Shown here: piece after piece, positions 31,932 to 47,635 of the stretch
How positions within the stretch are numbered: position 1 is the first letter of the stretch
How the letters are laid out: every line of letters begins with the position of its first letter
Program-made: the position numbers and the translations under genes
NCBI GenBank assembly: GCA_013215655.1
Contig: JABSOX010000024.1
Coordinates: 3,446 to 67,445 of the forward strand
Length of the DNA: 64,000 bases
Direction of reading: 5' to 3'
Origin: Colwellia sp.
Lineage (GTDB): Bacteria > Pseudomonadota > Gammaproteobacteria > Enterobacterales > Alteromonadaceae
Notes under the pieces: model-generated
Seen by the model: the letters and a program-made list of their open reading frames with translations, nothing else
What the model was told of the DNA's origin: nothing
The model's database searches: none

Positions 31932-32417
31932 TTAATTTATACGTTTAACACTAATACGCCGTTTTGTACCGATCTTTTTCAATTTAAAAGTATTCATGAT
32001 CCCTCTTTTTATAATAATATTATCTCCTTCTTTGAATCTAGCCATTTTATCACCACTCTTTTCTTGCCAAATTTGATCGTTATCTAATTTTAATACCCAT
32101 TTATTACGTTTATTACGTTTTGCTGATTTAATGACTGATTTTATTTCATTAAATGCACTTTCTTCTTTAGTATTTAAATGAGTTTTTCCAAAAGTGGACT
32201 CTAAAATTTCGTTATTAGACGAGATATCTTTTTTTATTACAAGTTGTGGTGATTTAGTCATTGTAATAAAAGTATTATCAAAACATTTAAGTCTTTGAAT
32301 ATCATTCTTTATTTCTGAACATTTTAATAATGATGGAGTTGGTATGGTTGCCGCTATACTGAAATTTGCCACTATATATAATGAAATTACTGCATATTTT
32401 TTATTTATAAATATCAT
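31932..32417 (-). CDS. Secreted hypothetical protein with C-x-x-I-x-x-D-x-x-R-L-x-C-F-D motif
   Basis: Signal peptide, CSEIKNDIQRLKCFD, C-terminal LDNDQIWQ...GD.I.IKRG.M..F beta domain. Confidence 0.7.
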   Translation of the reverse strand: MIFINKKYAVISLYIVANFSIAATIPTPSLLKCSEIKNDIQRLKCFDNTFITMTKSPQLVIKKDISSNNEILESTFGKTHLNTKEESAFNEIKSVIKSAKRNKRNKWVLKLDNDQIWQEKSGDKMARFKEGDNIIIKRGIMNTFKLKKIGTKRRISVKRIN

Positions 32418-32493
32418 TTATGTCTCTATATTTTATGGTTGGAGTGTAATTTTTATCAATTAAAAAGTGTTACTTTATGGTGTTTTATATTGG

Positions 32494-33900
32494 CTATTTT
32501 CCAATACAAAAAGAAGAAAATATTTTGCCAAGAAGATCATCATTAGTAAATTCGCCAGTAATTTCATTGAGCTGGTTTTGACAAAGTCTTAGCTCTTCAG
32601 CCAATATTTCACCTGCAGCATAAGTCTCTAATTGTTCTAATCCTGTGGTTAAATGTTGGTAAGCTTTATCAAGTGCAACGAGGTGACGTCTCCTTGCCAT
32701 AAAACTTCCTTCAGTGCCGCCGTGGTAGCCCATAATATCTTTTAAATGATTTTTTAAGCTATCTATACCAGCACCAGTTTTAGCCGATAAAGTAATGATA
32801 GAATGACGCTCACCAAGTGAGTCAATAATCTCACTATATCCTGCGGGACTCATACTTATATCTGCTTTATTTCTAATAATGGTTACTTTTATATTTTCAG
32901 GTAATTTTTCGAAAAATTCTGGCCACTCTGTTTTGATCGTTAATTCATCATTTTTAATGGAATTATGATCCGTTGAATCAACCATTAATAAGACCCTATC
33001 TGCTTTATTGATCTGTTGCCATGCGCGTTCTATACCTATTTGTTCTACTTTATCTGTACTTTCTCTTAATCCAGCGGTATCGATAATATGTAAAGGCATA
33101 CCATCAATGTTTATCTGTTCTGATAATACATCACGAGTGGTGCCGGCAATGTCGGTTACTATGGCGCTTTCTTTACCACTTAAGGCATTTAATAAACTGG
33201 ATTTACCGGCATTAGGTTTACCTGCTATTACGACACGCATACCTTCGCGAATAATACTGCCTTGTTGTGCTTGATTACGAACATCACTTACTTGTTGGAT
33301 AATTTTTTTAAGATCCGTAACTATTTTTTTGTCCGCTAAAAAGTCTATTTCTTCTTCTGGAAAGTCAATTGCCGCTTCAACATACATGCGTAAATGAATG
33401 GTACTTTCAACCATATTGGTTATAAGCTTTGAGAAATCACCTTGTAATGAATGTAATGCACAACGAGCAGCTTGTTCGGAGCTTGAATTAATTAAATCAG
33501 CTATTGCTTCAGCTTGGGTCAGATCTAATTTGTCATTAAGAAATGCTTGTTCACTAAACTCCCCCGGTTTTGCCATACGTATTTTTGGTAATGCTAAAAT
33601 TTCTTTTAATAACATATCTAAAATAACAGGTCCGCCATGACCTTGTAGTTCAAGTACATCCTCGCCGGTGAACGAATTTGGCGCTTTAAAATAGAGTGCG
33701 ATACCTTGGTCTAGGGTTTGTTGATTAGTGTCATTAAAAGCTAAGTATTCGGCTGTTCTAACTTTAGGTATTTTACCTAAAATAGCTTGTGCAACATTTT
33801 TTACTTCTGGGCCGGAAATACGAATTATACCAACACCACCACGACCTGGTGCTGTAGCTTGAGCGGTAATTGTTTCTTTTTGATATAGAGCTTCAGTCAT
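32494..33900 (-). CDS. mnmE: tRNA modification GTPase MnmE (TrmE)
   Basis: [45 protein letters not shown]; start at MTEALY. Confidence 0.99.
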   Translation of the reverse strand: MTEALYQKETITAQATAPGRGGVGIIRISGPEVKNVAQAILGKIPKVRTAEYLAFNDTNQQTLDQGIALYFKAPNSFTGEDVLELQGHGGPVILDMLLKEILALPKIRMAKPGEFSEQAFLNDKLDLTQAEAIADLINSSSEQAARCALHSLQGDFSKLITNMVESTIHLRMYVEAAIDFPEEEIDFLADKKIVTDLKKIIQQVSDVRNQAQQGSIIREGMRVVIAGKPNAGKSSLLNALSGKESAIVTDIAGTTRDVLSEQINIDGMPLHIIDTAGLRESTDKVEQIGIERAWQQINKADRVLLMVDSTDHNSIKNDELTIKTEWPEFFEKLPENIKVTIIRNKADISMSPAGYSEIIDSLGERHSIITLSAKTGAGIDSLKNHLKDIMGYHGGTEGSFMARRRHLVALDKAYQHLTTGLEQLETYAAGEILAEELRLCQNQLNEITGEFTNDDLLGKIFSSFCIGK

Positions 33901-34115
33901 AATATTTCCTAATAAAGAGCCAGATACCAAGTTGACTAATTAACTGCTCATTTTTACTGGTTAAAAAAAAATAACTACTACGTTATAAATATCATAAGTA
34001 GAATAACTACTGATAAAATTTATGCTTTGTATTTATTCATTTTTCCTCATTAAAAAGTTGATCACTTAATCAATAAAATTGGTATGACTATTATAAACAT
34101 TTATTCTGCGGAAAT

Positions 34116-34142
34116 AAAAAACGACCATGAAGGTCGCTTTTT
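34116..34142 (-). terminator. Terminator after yidC
   Basis: AAAAAACGACC-ATGAA-GGTCG-CTTTTT. Confidence 0.7.
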
Positions 34143-34166
34143 AATCTTAATTATACGTACATAGTA

Positions 34167-35807
34167 TTACTTTTCTGCATTAGCTAATTTTTTCTTTTCA
34201 ATACCGCTAAAAATTATTTTCATCTGGGCAATGGAAATTAAGTTACTAACAAACCAATAAAGTACCAATCCTGAAGGAAACCAGAAGAAGAACACAGTGA
34301 ACATAACCGGCATATATTGCATAATTTTCTGTTGCATTGGATCTTGTACTGTCATCGGCTGTAGTTTTTGCATTACAAACATACTGATGCCCATTAAGAC
34401 AGGTAATATGTAATAAGGGTCTTGTGATGATAAATCTTGGATCCATAAACCAAATGGTGCATGTCGTAACTCAACACTTTCTAAAAATACCCAATATAAA
34501 GCTAAGAATATAGGCATTTGAACAATAAGAGGTAAACAACCGCCAGCAGGATTAACTTTTTCCTTGCGATACATTTCCATGGTAGCTTGTGACATTTTTT
34601 GTCGATCATCACCAAAGCGTTCTTTTAGTTGTGCCATTTTAGGTGCAAGGGCACGCATTTTAGCCATAGAGGTATATTGCGCTTTGGTTAGCGGATACAT
34701 GCCGCCTTTTACAATCAGAGTGATAATTATGATTGCGACACCCCAGTTGATGACAATAGATTGAATAAATATTAGTAAACTAAATAGAGGTTGGCTAATC
34801 ATAAAGAGGAAGCCGTAATCTATAGTTAAATCTAAATTTTCAGCTATTTTCTCTAAAACATCTTGGTCTTTTGGACCAACATAAAATATCGCAGATGTTG
34901 TTGCTTGTGAATTTACATCAATAGTAAGAGCAGGGGCTTTGAAGCCAATTACTGCATCTAGATTAGAAGAGTAGCTAGTGTAAATTTGGTTTGAATCATT
35001 TTTATTTGGTACCCATGAAGATACAAAATAATGTTCTAACATAGCAACCCAGCCACCTTTAGTGGTGATATTTAAATTGGCTTCGGCAATATCATCAAAA
35101 TCATATTTTTCATAGCGATCTTCAGATGTTGAATAGGCTGAACCACGATAAGTTGGCATCAATGTTGTGCCACTTTCTACTAGAGTTGATTGTTTGAGTT
35201 GCGCATACATTTGCACGCTTACAGGTGCTGATGTTTTGTTATTGATGATGTATTCAACGTTTACGCTATAGCTTGTTTTATCAAAAGTAAATCGTTTGAT
35301 AACTGATAAGCCATCATCGGTGATATAAGTTAAATCAATAACTAATGGTTGATCATTACTCAACTGATATGAAGAATTAGTTACTTGGTAAATAGGTCGA
35401 CCAGGAATAATTCTATCTAATCCTTGAGCACCGGTTAATCCACTTTGAGCAATATATTTTCTTGGGCCATTTTGCATGACTGTAAATGGAATGCCATTGC
35501 CTTGTTCAGTATCAAACTTGAGCAGCTTTGCCTCAATAATGTCACCACCTTGAGTATTGATTTTTAAGCTTAAAACATCAGTTTTAACAGTGATTATTTT
35601 TGCATTGGGCTTTGCTATTTTTATTGCAACATTTTCTGAATCACTAGACTCAGGGATAAAGTCACCATCGTTAGACGGGTCTTGGCCTGTTGTTTGACTT
35701 ATTGTTGGCTGAGCAATTACGGGAGCATTTTCTTTCTGATACTCAGTAAATAGCAAATAGGTGACAACCATAAGCGCAATAAAAAGAAAACTGCGTTGGG
35801 ATTCCAT
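34167..35807 (-). CDS. yidC: Membrane protein insertase YidC
   Basis: MESQRSFL, DYGFL, NWGVAII, NPAGGCLP, PSGLVLYW; start moved to ATG 35807. Confidence 0.98.
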   Translation of the reverse strand: MESQRSFLFIALMVVTYLLFTEYQKENAPVIAQPTISQTTGQDPSNDGDFIPESSDSENVAIKIAKPNAKIITVKTDVLSLKINTQGGDIIEAKLLKFDTEQGNGIPFTVMQNGPRKYIAQSGLTGAQGLDRIIPGRPIYQVTNSSYQLSNDQPLVIDLTYITDDGLSVIKRFTFDKTSYSVNVEYIINNKTSAPVSVQMYAQLKQSTLVESGTTLMPTYRGSAYSTSEDRYEKYDFDDIAEANLNITTKGGWVAMLEHYFVSSWVPNKNDSNQIYTSYSSNLDAVIGFKAPALTIDVNSQATTSAIFYVGPKDQDVLEKIAENLDLTIDYGFLFMISQPLFSLLIFIQSIVINWGVAIIIITLIVKGGMYPLTKAQYTSMAKMRALAPKMAQLKERFGDDRQKMSQATMEMYRKEKVNPAGGCLPLIVQMPIFLALYWVFLESVELRHAPFGLWIQDLSSQDPYYILPVLMGISMFVMQKLQPMTVQDPMQQKIMQYMPVMFTVFFFWFPSGLVLYWFVSNLISIAQMKIIFSGIEKKKLANAEK

Positions 35808-35812
35808 AAGAT

Positions 35813-36061
35813 TTATTTCTCTTTTTTTGATGGTGGCACGGGATCTAATCCTCCCGCATTTAGTGGATGGCATTTTAGTATACGTTTGCTTGCTAACCAA
35901 GCGCCTTTTAACACTCCGAAGTTATTTATTGCTTCAATCGCATATGAAGAGCAAGTAGGTGTGAATCGACAATTGTTACCAAGCAATGGGCTAAGCCAGC
36001 GTTGGTAAGACCTAACGATACTAATCGCTATTATTTGTGGCGTTGAATTATTTTTCGCCAT
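35813..36061 (-). CDS. yidD: Membrane protein insertion efficiency factor YidD
   Basis: [28 protein letters not shown]...GG.DPVP. Confidence 0.95.
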   Translation of the reverse strand: MAKNNSTPQIIAISIVRSYQRWLSPLLGNNCRFTPTCSSYAIEAINNFGVLKGAWLASKRILKCHPLNAGGLDPVPPSKKEK

Positions 36062-36384
36062 ATTTTTTCTAATTGTTTATTTATTTCGTTATTTTCGAGT
36101 TTATCTGTTCCTGATTTTACCATTACAACCATATCTACACCGGGTAAGTTATATTGGTTCAGTCGGAAACTTTCACGAATTTGTCTTTTTATTCTATTAC
36201 GTTGAACGGCTAATTTAACACGTTTTTTAGCGATAGCTAGGCCTAAACGATTTTGTTTATCTTTATTAGAAATAATAAGAATAGTGATATGGCTTGAGCC
36301 AAAACGAAGAGCTTTAGAAAATACTGCTTGAAATTGACCGGGAGTCAGCAGACGAGACTCCCGATTAAATTTATAAGTAACCAT
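36031..36384 (-). CDS. rnpA: Ribonuclease P protein component
   Basis: [38 protein letters not shown]. Confidence 0.97.
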   Translation of the reverse strand: MVTYKFNRESRLLTPGQFQAVFSKALRFGSSHITILIISNKDKQNRLGLAIAKKRVKLAVQRNRIKRQIRESFRLNQYNLPGVDMVVMVKSGTDKLENNEINKQLEKIWRKIIQRHK

Positions 36385-36422
36385 AGTGGCTACCCTTTCT
36401 CTTTTTTAAAATCAAAAAGAGA

Positions 36423-36557
36423 CTATGCGCTTAAACGTACACGGCCTTTTGCACGACGACGTGCAATAACAGCACGGCCGTTTTTAGTTGCCATACGAGC
36501 ACGAAAGCCATGGTTGCGTTTACGCTTTAATATACTAGGTTGAAATGTTCTTTTCAT
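36423..36557 (-). CDS. rpmH: 50S ribosomal protein L34 (missing from the ORF track)
   Basis: Translated by hand: [44 protein letters not shown]. Confidence 0.99.
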   Translation of the reverse strand: MKRTFQPSILKRKRNHGFRARMATKNGRAVIARRRAKGRVRLSA

Positions 36558-36900
36558 CACGCTATCCGTCAGTTGTTGTTGCCCTGGCAAATCAGCCTAA
36601 ATGAGCAAAATGGTCTAAAAAATGAGGCGAAATTATATATAGATACTAACAAAAGGTCAATAGAAAAAAATTGTGTTATTTACTAAGATCTCAATAAGGA
36701 TCGTTTATGATCCTGATTATATCCACAGTTTCATCACATTTAAATTTGTAACTCTTGGTATTTGGTAATTCCAAAAAATTATATCTAATTTTTTTTAACA
36801 ATATTTTGATATATTTATTATAATATAAATCTTTATTATCAATGGATTATCGTTATTTACATGAAGCCAATTGATATATTGTAAAAGTCAATGTTGATGT

Positions 36901-36909
36901 TGTGGATAA
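36901..36909. promoter_or_regulatory. DnaA box in the dnaA promoter region
   Basis: Exact TGTGGATAA about 100 bp upstream of dnaA; three clustered GATC sites at about 36688-36712. Confidence 0.75.
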
Positions 36910-37010
36910 CTATAGAGATAATAGCTAAATAATTATAAAATTGCTTTCTGTTGTTCCACTATTTAGATTAAATATTTACGTAGAACTGTATTTAAGCACA
37001 GGAGTTTTGG

Positions 37011-38369
37011 TTGGATCAATCACTTTGGCAGCGTTGCCTTTCTATTCTTCAAGATGAATTGCCTGCACAACAATTTAGCATGTGGATTCGTCCATTAAAA
37101 AGTATTGTTGATAACAATATCATGACGCTATATGCACCAAACCGTTTTGTTCTTGATTGGGTTCGTGATAAATATGCCAATAGAATTAATGAATTAGTTT
37201 CTTTATATAATCCTTCTGATCCACCTTTACTTCAATTTGAAGTAGGTAGTGCACCTGCAAACAATGTAATGAGCAATACTGTTAGGTTAAAAAGCTCTGT
37301 TGATGTAACTCAAAAACCAGTCACAGCAAGTATTGATCCCAATTTACCTAAAACAGCTAATATCAATAGGAAATATACTTTTGATAACTTTGTTGAAGGT
37401 AAATCTAATCAATTAGCTAGAGCTGCGGCCTCTCAAGTTGCTGATAATCCAGGTTCGGCATATAACCCGCTCTTTATTTATGGTGGAACGGGACTTGGTA
37501 AGACACATTTATTGCACGCTGTTGGTAATGGCATATTATTAAAAAACCCCAATGCAAAAATTGCCTATATGCATTCTGAACGATTCGTGCAAGATATGGT
37601 GCGAGCATTACAAAATAATGCAATGGAAAAATTTAAGCAATATTATCGAAGTGTAGATGCATTATTAATTGATGATATTCAATTTTTTGCTGGTAAAGAT
37701 AGAACACAAGAAGAGTTCTTCCATACCTTTAATGCCTTACTTGAAGGTAATCAACAGATTATATTAACAAGTGACCGTTATCCAAAAGAGGTTGATGTTG
37801 AAGATCGACTTAAATCTCGTTTCGGTTGGGGCTTAACTATTGCAATTGAGCCACCTGAGTTAGAAACACGTGTAGCTATTTTAAAACGCAAGGCAGAAGA
37901 AAGTCATATTAATCTTGCTGATGAAGTTGCTTTTTTTATAGCTAAACGACTTCGTTCTAACGTTCGTGAACTTGAAGGGGCTCTTAATCGAGTAATTGCT
38001 AATGCCAATTTCACGGGCAGGGCAATAACGATTGATTTTGTTCGCGAGGCATTACGTGATTTACTTGCACTACAAGACAAACTCGTCACTATAGATAATA
38101 TTCAACGTACTGTGGCCGAGTATTATAAAATTAAAGTGGCAGATCTATTATCTAAACGAAGAAATAGATCTGTTGCTAGACCTAGACAAATTGCAATGGC
38201 ATTATCTAAAGAATTAACTAATCATAGTTTGCCTGAAATTGGAGATGCATTTGGTGGTAGAGACCATACAACTGTATTGCATGCTTGCCGTAAAATTAAA
38301 ACGTTACGTGAGGAAACTCATGACATTAAAGAAGATTATTCTAATCTAATTAGAACTCTTTCATCATAA
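37011..38369 (+). CDS. dnaA: Chromosomal replication initiator DnaA
   Basis: [41 protein letters not shown]; TTG start after AGGAG. Confidence 0.99.
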   Translation: MDQSLWQRCLSILQDELPAQQFSMWIRPLKSIVDNNIMTLYAPNRFVLDWVRDKYANRINELVSLYNPSDPPLLQFEVGSAPANNVMSNTVRLKSSVDVTQKPVTASIDPNLPKTANINRKYTFDNFVEGKSNQLARAAASQVADNPGSAYNPLFIYGGTGLGKTHLLHAVGNGILLKNPNAKIAYMHSERFVQDMVRALQNNAMEKFKQYYRSVDALLIDDIQFFAGKDRTQEEFFHTFNALLEGNQQIILTSDRYPKEVDVEDRLKSRFGWGLTIAIEPPELETRVAILKRKAEESHINLADEVAFFIAKRLRSNVRELEGALNRVIANANFTGRAITIDFVREALRDLLALQDKLVTIDNIQRTVAEYYKIKVADLLSKRRNRSVARPRQIAMALSKELTNHSLPEIGDAFGGRDHTTVLHACRKIKTLREETHDIKEDYSNLIRTLSS

Positions 38370-38400
38370 ATAACATAGTCTAATATTTGTAGGTATAAAA

Positions 38401-39503
38401 ATGAAGTTTTCATTAAACAGGGAATTACTTTTAAAACCATTATTATTGGTTTCGGGTGCTGTTGAAAGAAAAAGTACTTTACCCATTTTAAGTAATGTCT
38501 TATTTGAGGTTAGTGGTCAATCACTTACATTAACAGCTACTGATTTAGAACTAGAAATGGTTTCATACGCTATTATTGATAATCAAGGCGATGATGGAAA
38601 AGTAACTATACCTGCTAGAAAGCTTTTAGATATTTGTAAAAGCTTACCTGATGATTCGGTACTTTCTTTTGAAACAACGGGTGATGTTATAAAAATTAGT
38701 ACCGGTAGAAGTAAGTATTCTTTATCAACATTATCTGCTGAAGACTTTCCTAACATCGAAGAATGGAAAGGTGATGTGGAATTTAAATTGCAAAAATCCG
38801 AATTACTTCGCCTTATTGAAAGTACTCATTTTTCTATGGCAAATCAAGATGTTAGATATTATTTGAATGGTATGTCTATTGAAACTGAAGGAAATGAAAT
38901 TCGTTCTGTTGCAACAGATGGTCATCGATTAGCTATTTGTAAAATATCTAATCAATCATTAGATCTTCCTACTCGACAAGTCATTATTCCGCGTAAAGGT
39001 ATTCTCGAGATTATTCGCTTGTTGGATCCTGTGGATGAAGAAATACAAGTTTTTCTAGGATCTAACCATGTAAGAATCATAGATACGGGTTATTCTTTTA
39101 CTAGTAAATTAGTTGACGGTCGTTTTCCTGACTATAGAAGAGTATTACCAAGAAATGGTGATAAAATTTTGGAAACTGATAAAGATCAAATGCGCCAAGT
39201 TTTATCTCGAGCGTCTATTTTATCTAATGAGAAATTTAAGGGTGTAAGACTAAATTTTTCAAATACAGAATTGAAAATAACAGCTAATAATCCTGAGCAA
39301 GAACAAGCAGAAGAAGTTATTGAAATCGATTTTCCCTATGATGAAGTAGAAGTTGGCTTTAACGTTAGTTATGTACTTGATGTATTAAATGCAATCAAAG
39401 ATAGTAGAGTTAAGTTCACTCTTGCTGATGCTAACAGTAGTGTTGTAATTGAAGGTTGTGACTCTAGTGAAGCTATATATGTAGTAATGCCAATGCGACT
39501 ATA

Positions 39504-39504
<1 letters not shown>
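38401..39504 (+). CDS. dnaN: DNA polymerase III beta clamp
   Basis: ATDLELEM, QDVRYYLNG, ATDGHRL, SKLVDGRFPDY, VVMPMRL. Confidence 0.99.
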
Positions 39505-43048
<3,544 letters not shown>

Positions 43049-43076
43049 TATTTAAATTTTTAAGACTAAATAAAAT

Positions 43077-43106
43077 AATGCCCGGACATCAAATCTGGGC
43101 ATTTTT
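43077..43106 (+). terminator. Terminator after gyrB
   Basis: AATGCCCGGA...TCTGGGCATT-TTT. Confidence 0.8.
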
Positions 43107-43224
43107 GACTAAACTTTGAGTTGAGTAAATACTCGATTTTGTATATACACTCTAGGCTAATAAACAGACAGCGGTTATACTAGCAAGAGTCATTTTATCA
43201 TTCATATTAATAATTCGGATTTTC

Positions 43225-44160
43225 ATGAGTACCTTTAATATCAAAACTTTTCAGGGGCTGATTTTACAGCTTCAAGATTACTGGTCCCGTCAAGGTTGTG
43301 TCATTGTTCAACCTTTAGATTTAGAAGTGGGTGCTGGAACATTCCATCCTATGACGTTTTTACGATCTATAGGACCTGAGCCAATGAGTAGTGCTTATGT
43401 ACAACCATGTCGACGACCTACAGATGGTCGATATGGTGAAAATCCGAATCGCTTACAGCATTATTATCAATTTCAAGTAATGCTAAAACCATCACCAAAA
43501 AACATTCAAGAATTATATCTTAACTCATTGAAAGAAATGGGTATTGATCCACTTGTTCATGATATTCGTTTTGTTGAAGATAATTGGGAATCACCTACAT
43601 TGGGTGCTTGGGGTCTAGGTTGGGAGATCTGGTTAAATGGTATGGAAGTAAGCCAGTTTACCTATTTTCAACAAGTAGGGGGTATTGAGTGTGCGCCTGT
43701 TACAGGTGAGATAACTTATGGCCTTGAACGTTTAGCTATGTATATTCAGAACGTCGATAGTATTTATGATCTTGTATGGGCTGACGGCCCGATGGGCAAA
43801 GTTTTATATGGAGATGTTTTTCATCAAAATGAAGTTGAACAATCAACTTATAATTTTGAACACGCTGATGTTGAAGCTTTATTTAAACAGTTTGATCAAT
43901 GTGAATTAGATAGTCAGAAGCTTATCGAAGCAGGTTTACCATTGCCTGCATACGAACAAGTGATAAAAGCATCTCATGCATTTAATTTATTGGATGCTAG
44001 GCATGCCATTTCGGTAACTGAAAGACAACGTTATATCTTACGCGTACGTGCATTATCAAAAGCATGTGCAGAATCTTATTATGAAGCACGTAAAGCATTA
44101 GGTTTTCCACTGTGTAAAAACAATGAAAATAAAATCAATACACCTGAAGGAGAATCTTAA
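43225..44160 (+). CDS. glyQ: Glycine-tRNA ligase alpha subunit
   Basis: [41 protein letters not shown]. Confidence 0.99.
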   Translation: MSTFNIKTFQGLILQLQDYWSRQGCVIVQPLDLEVGAGTFHPMTFLRSIGPEPMSSAYVQPCRRPTDGRYGENPNRLQHYYQFQVMLKPSPKNIQELYLNSLKEMGIDPLVHDIRFVEDNWESPTLGAWGLGWEIWLNGMEVSQFTYFQQVGGIECAPVTGEITYGLERLAMYIQNVDSIYDLVWADGPMGKVLYGDVFHQNEVEQSTYNFEHADVEALFKQFDQCELDSQKLIEAGLPLPAYEQVIKASHAFNLLDARHAISVTERQRYILRVRALSKACAESYYEARKALGFPLCKNNENKINTPEGES

Positions 44161-46229
44161 TGGCTACTGAAACTCTGCTTATTGAATTAGGAACAGAAGA
44201 GTTACCGCCGAAGTCATTAAAGACCTTAGCAACCACTTTTTTTGAACAAATAAAAACTCAACTTGATAAAGCTGATTTAGCTTATGAAGATATTAAATGG
44301 TTTGCTACGCCAAGACGTTTAGCAATAAAAGTTATCGGCTTAGTCGATAAGCAAGCAGATAAACAAATAGAGAAACGTGGTCCTGCCATTAATGTTGCCT
44401 TTGATAGTGACGGTAATGCGAGTAAGGCTGCTCAAGGATGGGCGCGTGCAAATGGTATTAGTATTGAACAAGCAGAGCGATTGGTAACAGATAAAGGTGA
44501 ATGGTTATTACATAGAGCTACTCATGAAGGTAAAACTATTGCTGAGTTGCTACCTGCGATGGTTAACTTTGCTTTAGGTAAGTTGCCTATTCCTAAACCT
44601 ATGCGTTGGGGTAATGAACGTATACAGTTTATTCGTCCAGTTCATACTTTAGTTTTATTATATGGTGATACGATCATTGCAGGTGAGACTTTAGGTGTTA
44701 GTTCAAGTAATGTTGTTACAGGACACAGGTTTCATCATCATGGTTTAGTGACTATTAATCATGCTGATAACTACGAAGAAATTTTGCATGAAGCACATGT
44801 AATGGTTGATTTTGACAAACGCCAAGCAAAAATTTTAAAACAAATTAAAGATGCTGCTGATTCAATTTCAGGTAATGCATTGCTTGATGAAGAATTACTA
44901 AACGAAGTCACAGCACTAGTGGAATGGCCGGTAACCTTAGTCGGTAGCTTTGATGAATCGTTTTTAAATATACCTCCTGAACCATTGATATACTCAATGA
45001 AAGATCACCAAAAATATTTTCCAGTGAATGACAACAATGGTAAATTACTCAACAAGTTCATTTTTGTGGCAAATATAGAAAGCAAAGATCCACAACAGGT
45101 CATTTTTGGTAATGAAAAGGTTATTCGCCCTCGTCTTGCAGATGCAGAGTTCTTCTATAAAACAGATAGAAAACAATCGCTTGAGCAAAGGTTGTCAAGT
45201 TTAGAGTCGGTATTGTTTCAAAAGCAATTAGGTACACTTAAAGATAAATCAGAGCGTATTGCTGCATTAAGTGAATTTATTGCCAATGAAATTGGTGAAA
45301 ACCCAGTTAGTGCAAGTAGAGCAGGTTTACTGAGTAAAACTGATTTAATGACTGATATGGTTTTAGAGTTTCCGCAAGTGCAAGGCATTATGGGAAAATA
45401 CTATGCACTTCATGACGGTGAAGAACATGATGTTGCACAAGCGCTTGAAGATCAATATCGTCCACGATTCTCAGGTGATAAATTGCCGGAAGGAAATATT
45501 GGTTGTGCAGTTGCTATAGCTGACAAAATTGATACTTTAGTTGGAATTTTTGGTATTAATCAACAACCCAAAGGTGATAAAGACCCGTTTGCATTGCGTC
45601 GTGCAGCTATAGGTTTGATACGTATAATCATTGAGAAAGAACTAAACCTAGATATAAAAGATTTGTTAATGAAGAGCACTGAACTTTATGGTGACAAATT
45701 AACAAATGAAAAAGTATTAGAGCAAGTAATTGAATTTGTACTAGGTCGATATCGTGCCTACTATCAAGAAAAAAATATTTCAGTGGATGTTATTCAAGCC
45801 GTTTTAGCAAAATCGCCTATGGAACCACTTGATTTTGATAAGCGTATTAAAGCAGTCAGTTACTTTAAAGGCTTAACAGAAGCCCAGAATTTAGCAGCTG
45901 CAAATAAACGTGTTGGTAATATTCTCGCTAAATTTGATGGCACCTTGTATGAATCTGTCAAAACGAATTTGACAACGGAGCAAGCAGAGATTATTTTAGC
46001 TGAAAAGTATCAACAAATATTTAATGACGTTAAGCCATTAATGGCTTCAAAAAGCTATCAAGAGGCACTAACAGCCTTAGCATTACTGCGAGAACCTATT
46101 GATGCTTTCTTTGATAGTGTGATGGTGATGGCTGACGATGAAGCAGTTAAAATCAATCGTTTGACCCTGCTTAATGATATTCGTAATAGCTTCTTTGCTA
46201 TTGCTGATATTTCGTTGTTGCAGTATTAA
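44160..46229 (+). CDS. glyS: Glycine-tRNA ligase beta subunit
   Basis: LIELGTEELPP, TPRRLA, KPMRWG, DPFALRRAA, NRL.LL. Confidence 0.99.
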   Translation: MATETLLIELGTEELPPKSLKTLATTFFEQIKTQLDKADLAYEDIKWFATPRRLAIKVIGLVDKQADKQIEKRGPAINVAFDSDGNASKAAQGWARANGISIEQAERLVTDKGEWLLHRATHEGKTIAELLPAMVNFALGKLPIPKPMRWGNERIQFIRPVHTLVLLYGDTIIAGETLGVSSSNVVTGHRFHHHGLVTINHADNYEEILHEAHVMVDFDKRQAKILKQIKDAADSISGNALLDEELLNEVTALVEWPVTLVGSFDESFLNIPPEPLIYSMKDHQKYFPVNDNNGKLLNKFIFVANIESKDPQQVIFGNEKVIRPRLADAEFFYKTDRKQSLEQRLSSLESVLFQKQLGTLKDKSERIAALSEFIANEIGENPVSASRAGLLSKTDLMTDMVLEFPQVQGIMGKYYALHDGEEHDVAQALEDQYRPRFSGDKLPEGNIGCAVAIADKIDTLVGIFGINQQPKGDKDPFALRRAAIGLIRIIIEKELNLDIKDLLMKSTELYGDKLTNEKVLEQVIEFVLGRYRAYYQEKNISVDVIQAVLAKSPMEPLDFDKRIKAVSYFKGLTEAQNLAAANKRVGNILAKFDGTLYESVKTNLTTEQAEIILAEKYQQIFNDVKPLMASKSYQEALTALALLREPIDAFFDSVMVMADDEAVKINRLTLLNDIRNSFFAIADISLLQY

Positions 46230-46255
46230 GCTGTTTGTTTAATAAAGATCTATGG

Positions 46256-46285
46256 AAAGGGAAGCATTTAGCTTCCCTTTTTTTT
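46256..46285. terminator. Terminator between glyS and convergent tusA
   Basis: AAAGGGAAGC-ATTTA-GCTTCCCTTTTTTT, overlapping the tusA stop. Confidence 0.85.
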
Positions 46286-46513
46286 GATCAAATATAAGTA
46301 TGGTTTATCATTAACTTGTTGAGCAATAAGTTCATGTTCCATAAAGCGGCAAAAGCTGGGGATGTCGCGTGCTGTTGAAGGATCGTCTGCTTGCACAAGT
46401 AAAGTCTCTCCAATATTAATTTTTCTGATGTTTTTTCTAACCATCATCACGGGTTCTGGGCAACGTAAGCCAGTGGTATCTAACGTGTGATTTGCAGATT
46501 CAAAAATTGTCAC
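46268..46513 (-). CDS. tusA: Sulfur carrier protein TusA
   Basis: [34 protein letters not shown]. Confidence 0.96.
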   Translation of the reverse strand: MTIFESANHTLDTTGLRCPEPVMMVRKNIRKINIGETLLVQADDPSTARDIPSFCRFMEHELIAQQVNDKPYLYLIKKKGS

Positions 46514-46572
46514 TCTATAAGCTCGTCGTTTATAGCAAAATTATGGTTAGTGTAATGGTTGGTAAAACTTTA

Positions 46573-47478
46573 TCAATCCTTAATCGGCTCAGGTTTCGTT
46601 AAAGTTGTAATAAATGCTTCGATAGAGAATAAGGTGTTAATTTTTTTAGCGAAAGCTCGAGCATTAGATTTATCGGTAAATGCTTTTACGATAATCAGCT
46701 TATTAATATCATTAATATTGACGATTCTAAGTTGAACTTTAAAATTTTCACTATCAAATAATTGCTGTAAGAAGAGTAATTTTTGATTTGCGTTATCAAT
46801 ATTTTGGTAAGCAGCTAATTGAATATACCATTGAGTATCAACAGTGTTTAATGTTGATAAATTGATAATAGAAGCCTGCTTTTTCTCTACAGTAGCAAGC
46901 AGTGTCACTTTTTCAGTCTTAACAATTTTTTGTTTTGGGTCATCGGGTATTATGGTTTTTTGTTTACTAAATTGATAAGACTTAGTTGCACCAAATGACC
47001 AAGCGATTCCCAAAAAGACATTATGATTAGTGGATATTTGATTTGAATTAAACTGTGTCGTTTGTCCTAATTCAATATTTAAATTGGGGCCAATTCTATA
47101 TTTGGCAGAGAGCTTTATATAGGGTGCAGCTTGATTGTTTTTGATCAGTTGGTGATTACTACTTGCGGTAGTATAAGTAAGCCCGAGACCTGCTTTTATA
47201 GTTAAGTCATTGTTATAGTGTTTTAAAAAATTAGTGCCAAATAATATTGACGTATAATGACCTGATAGTTTTGTTTTTTCTTGTAAAATCTCTAAATCAC
47301 CACTTTGTATTATTCCGAGATCAAATTCAAAAGACTCATTATATTGATACCGATAGTTTAATCCGTAGCCGGGTAATGATTTTTGTTCTAAATGAAAGGA
47401 TATCAAAGGCATCAATGCATGGTTATTGGCTTTTACAAAAAGCGGCAAGAATAAAAATAATAACAGTAAGTAGGGCAT
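46573..47478 (-). CDS. Outer-membrane beta-barrel protein fused to a C-terminal SPOR domain
   Basis: Signal peptide; about 8 amphipathic strands ending GIAWSFG; K/T-rich linker; WYIQLAAYQNIDNA SPOR-like motif. Confidence 0.65.
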   Translation of the reverse strand: MPYLLLLFLFLPLFVKANNHALMPLISFHLEQKSLPGYGLNYRYQYNESFEFDLGIIQSGDLEILQEKTKLSGHYTSILFGTNFLKHYNNDLTIKAGLGLTYTTASSNHQLIKNNQAAPYIKLSAKYRIGPNLNIELGQTTQFNSNQISTNHNVFLGIAWSFGATKSYQFSKQKTIIPDDPKQKIVKTEKVTLLATVEKKQASIINLSTLNTVDTQWYIQLAAYQNIDNANQKLLFLQQLFDSENFKVQLRIVNINDINKLIIVKAFTDKSNARAFAKKINTLFSIEAFITTLTKPEPIKD

Positions 47479-47635
47479 AAATGTTTTGAGTAATTAAGTT
47501 GATAGCAAATAATACTGGTTATATCATTATTTTCGCCCAGTACAAATTATTTAACAATATTAACTTGCTTTGTCATGGTGTATGCAGGAATAATCAATGG
47601 GATAAGCAGGTCTATTTAAGTTGAATTGTTAAAAC

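Noticed and set aside
36558-37010. A second replication origin in the rpmH-dnaA spacer
   Set aside because: There is only one consensus DnaA box and three GATCs, consistent with dnaA autoregulation; the full 13-mer and box array is at mnmG-mioC.
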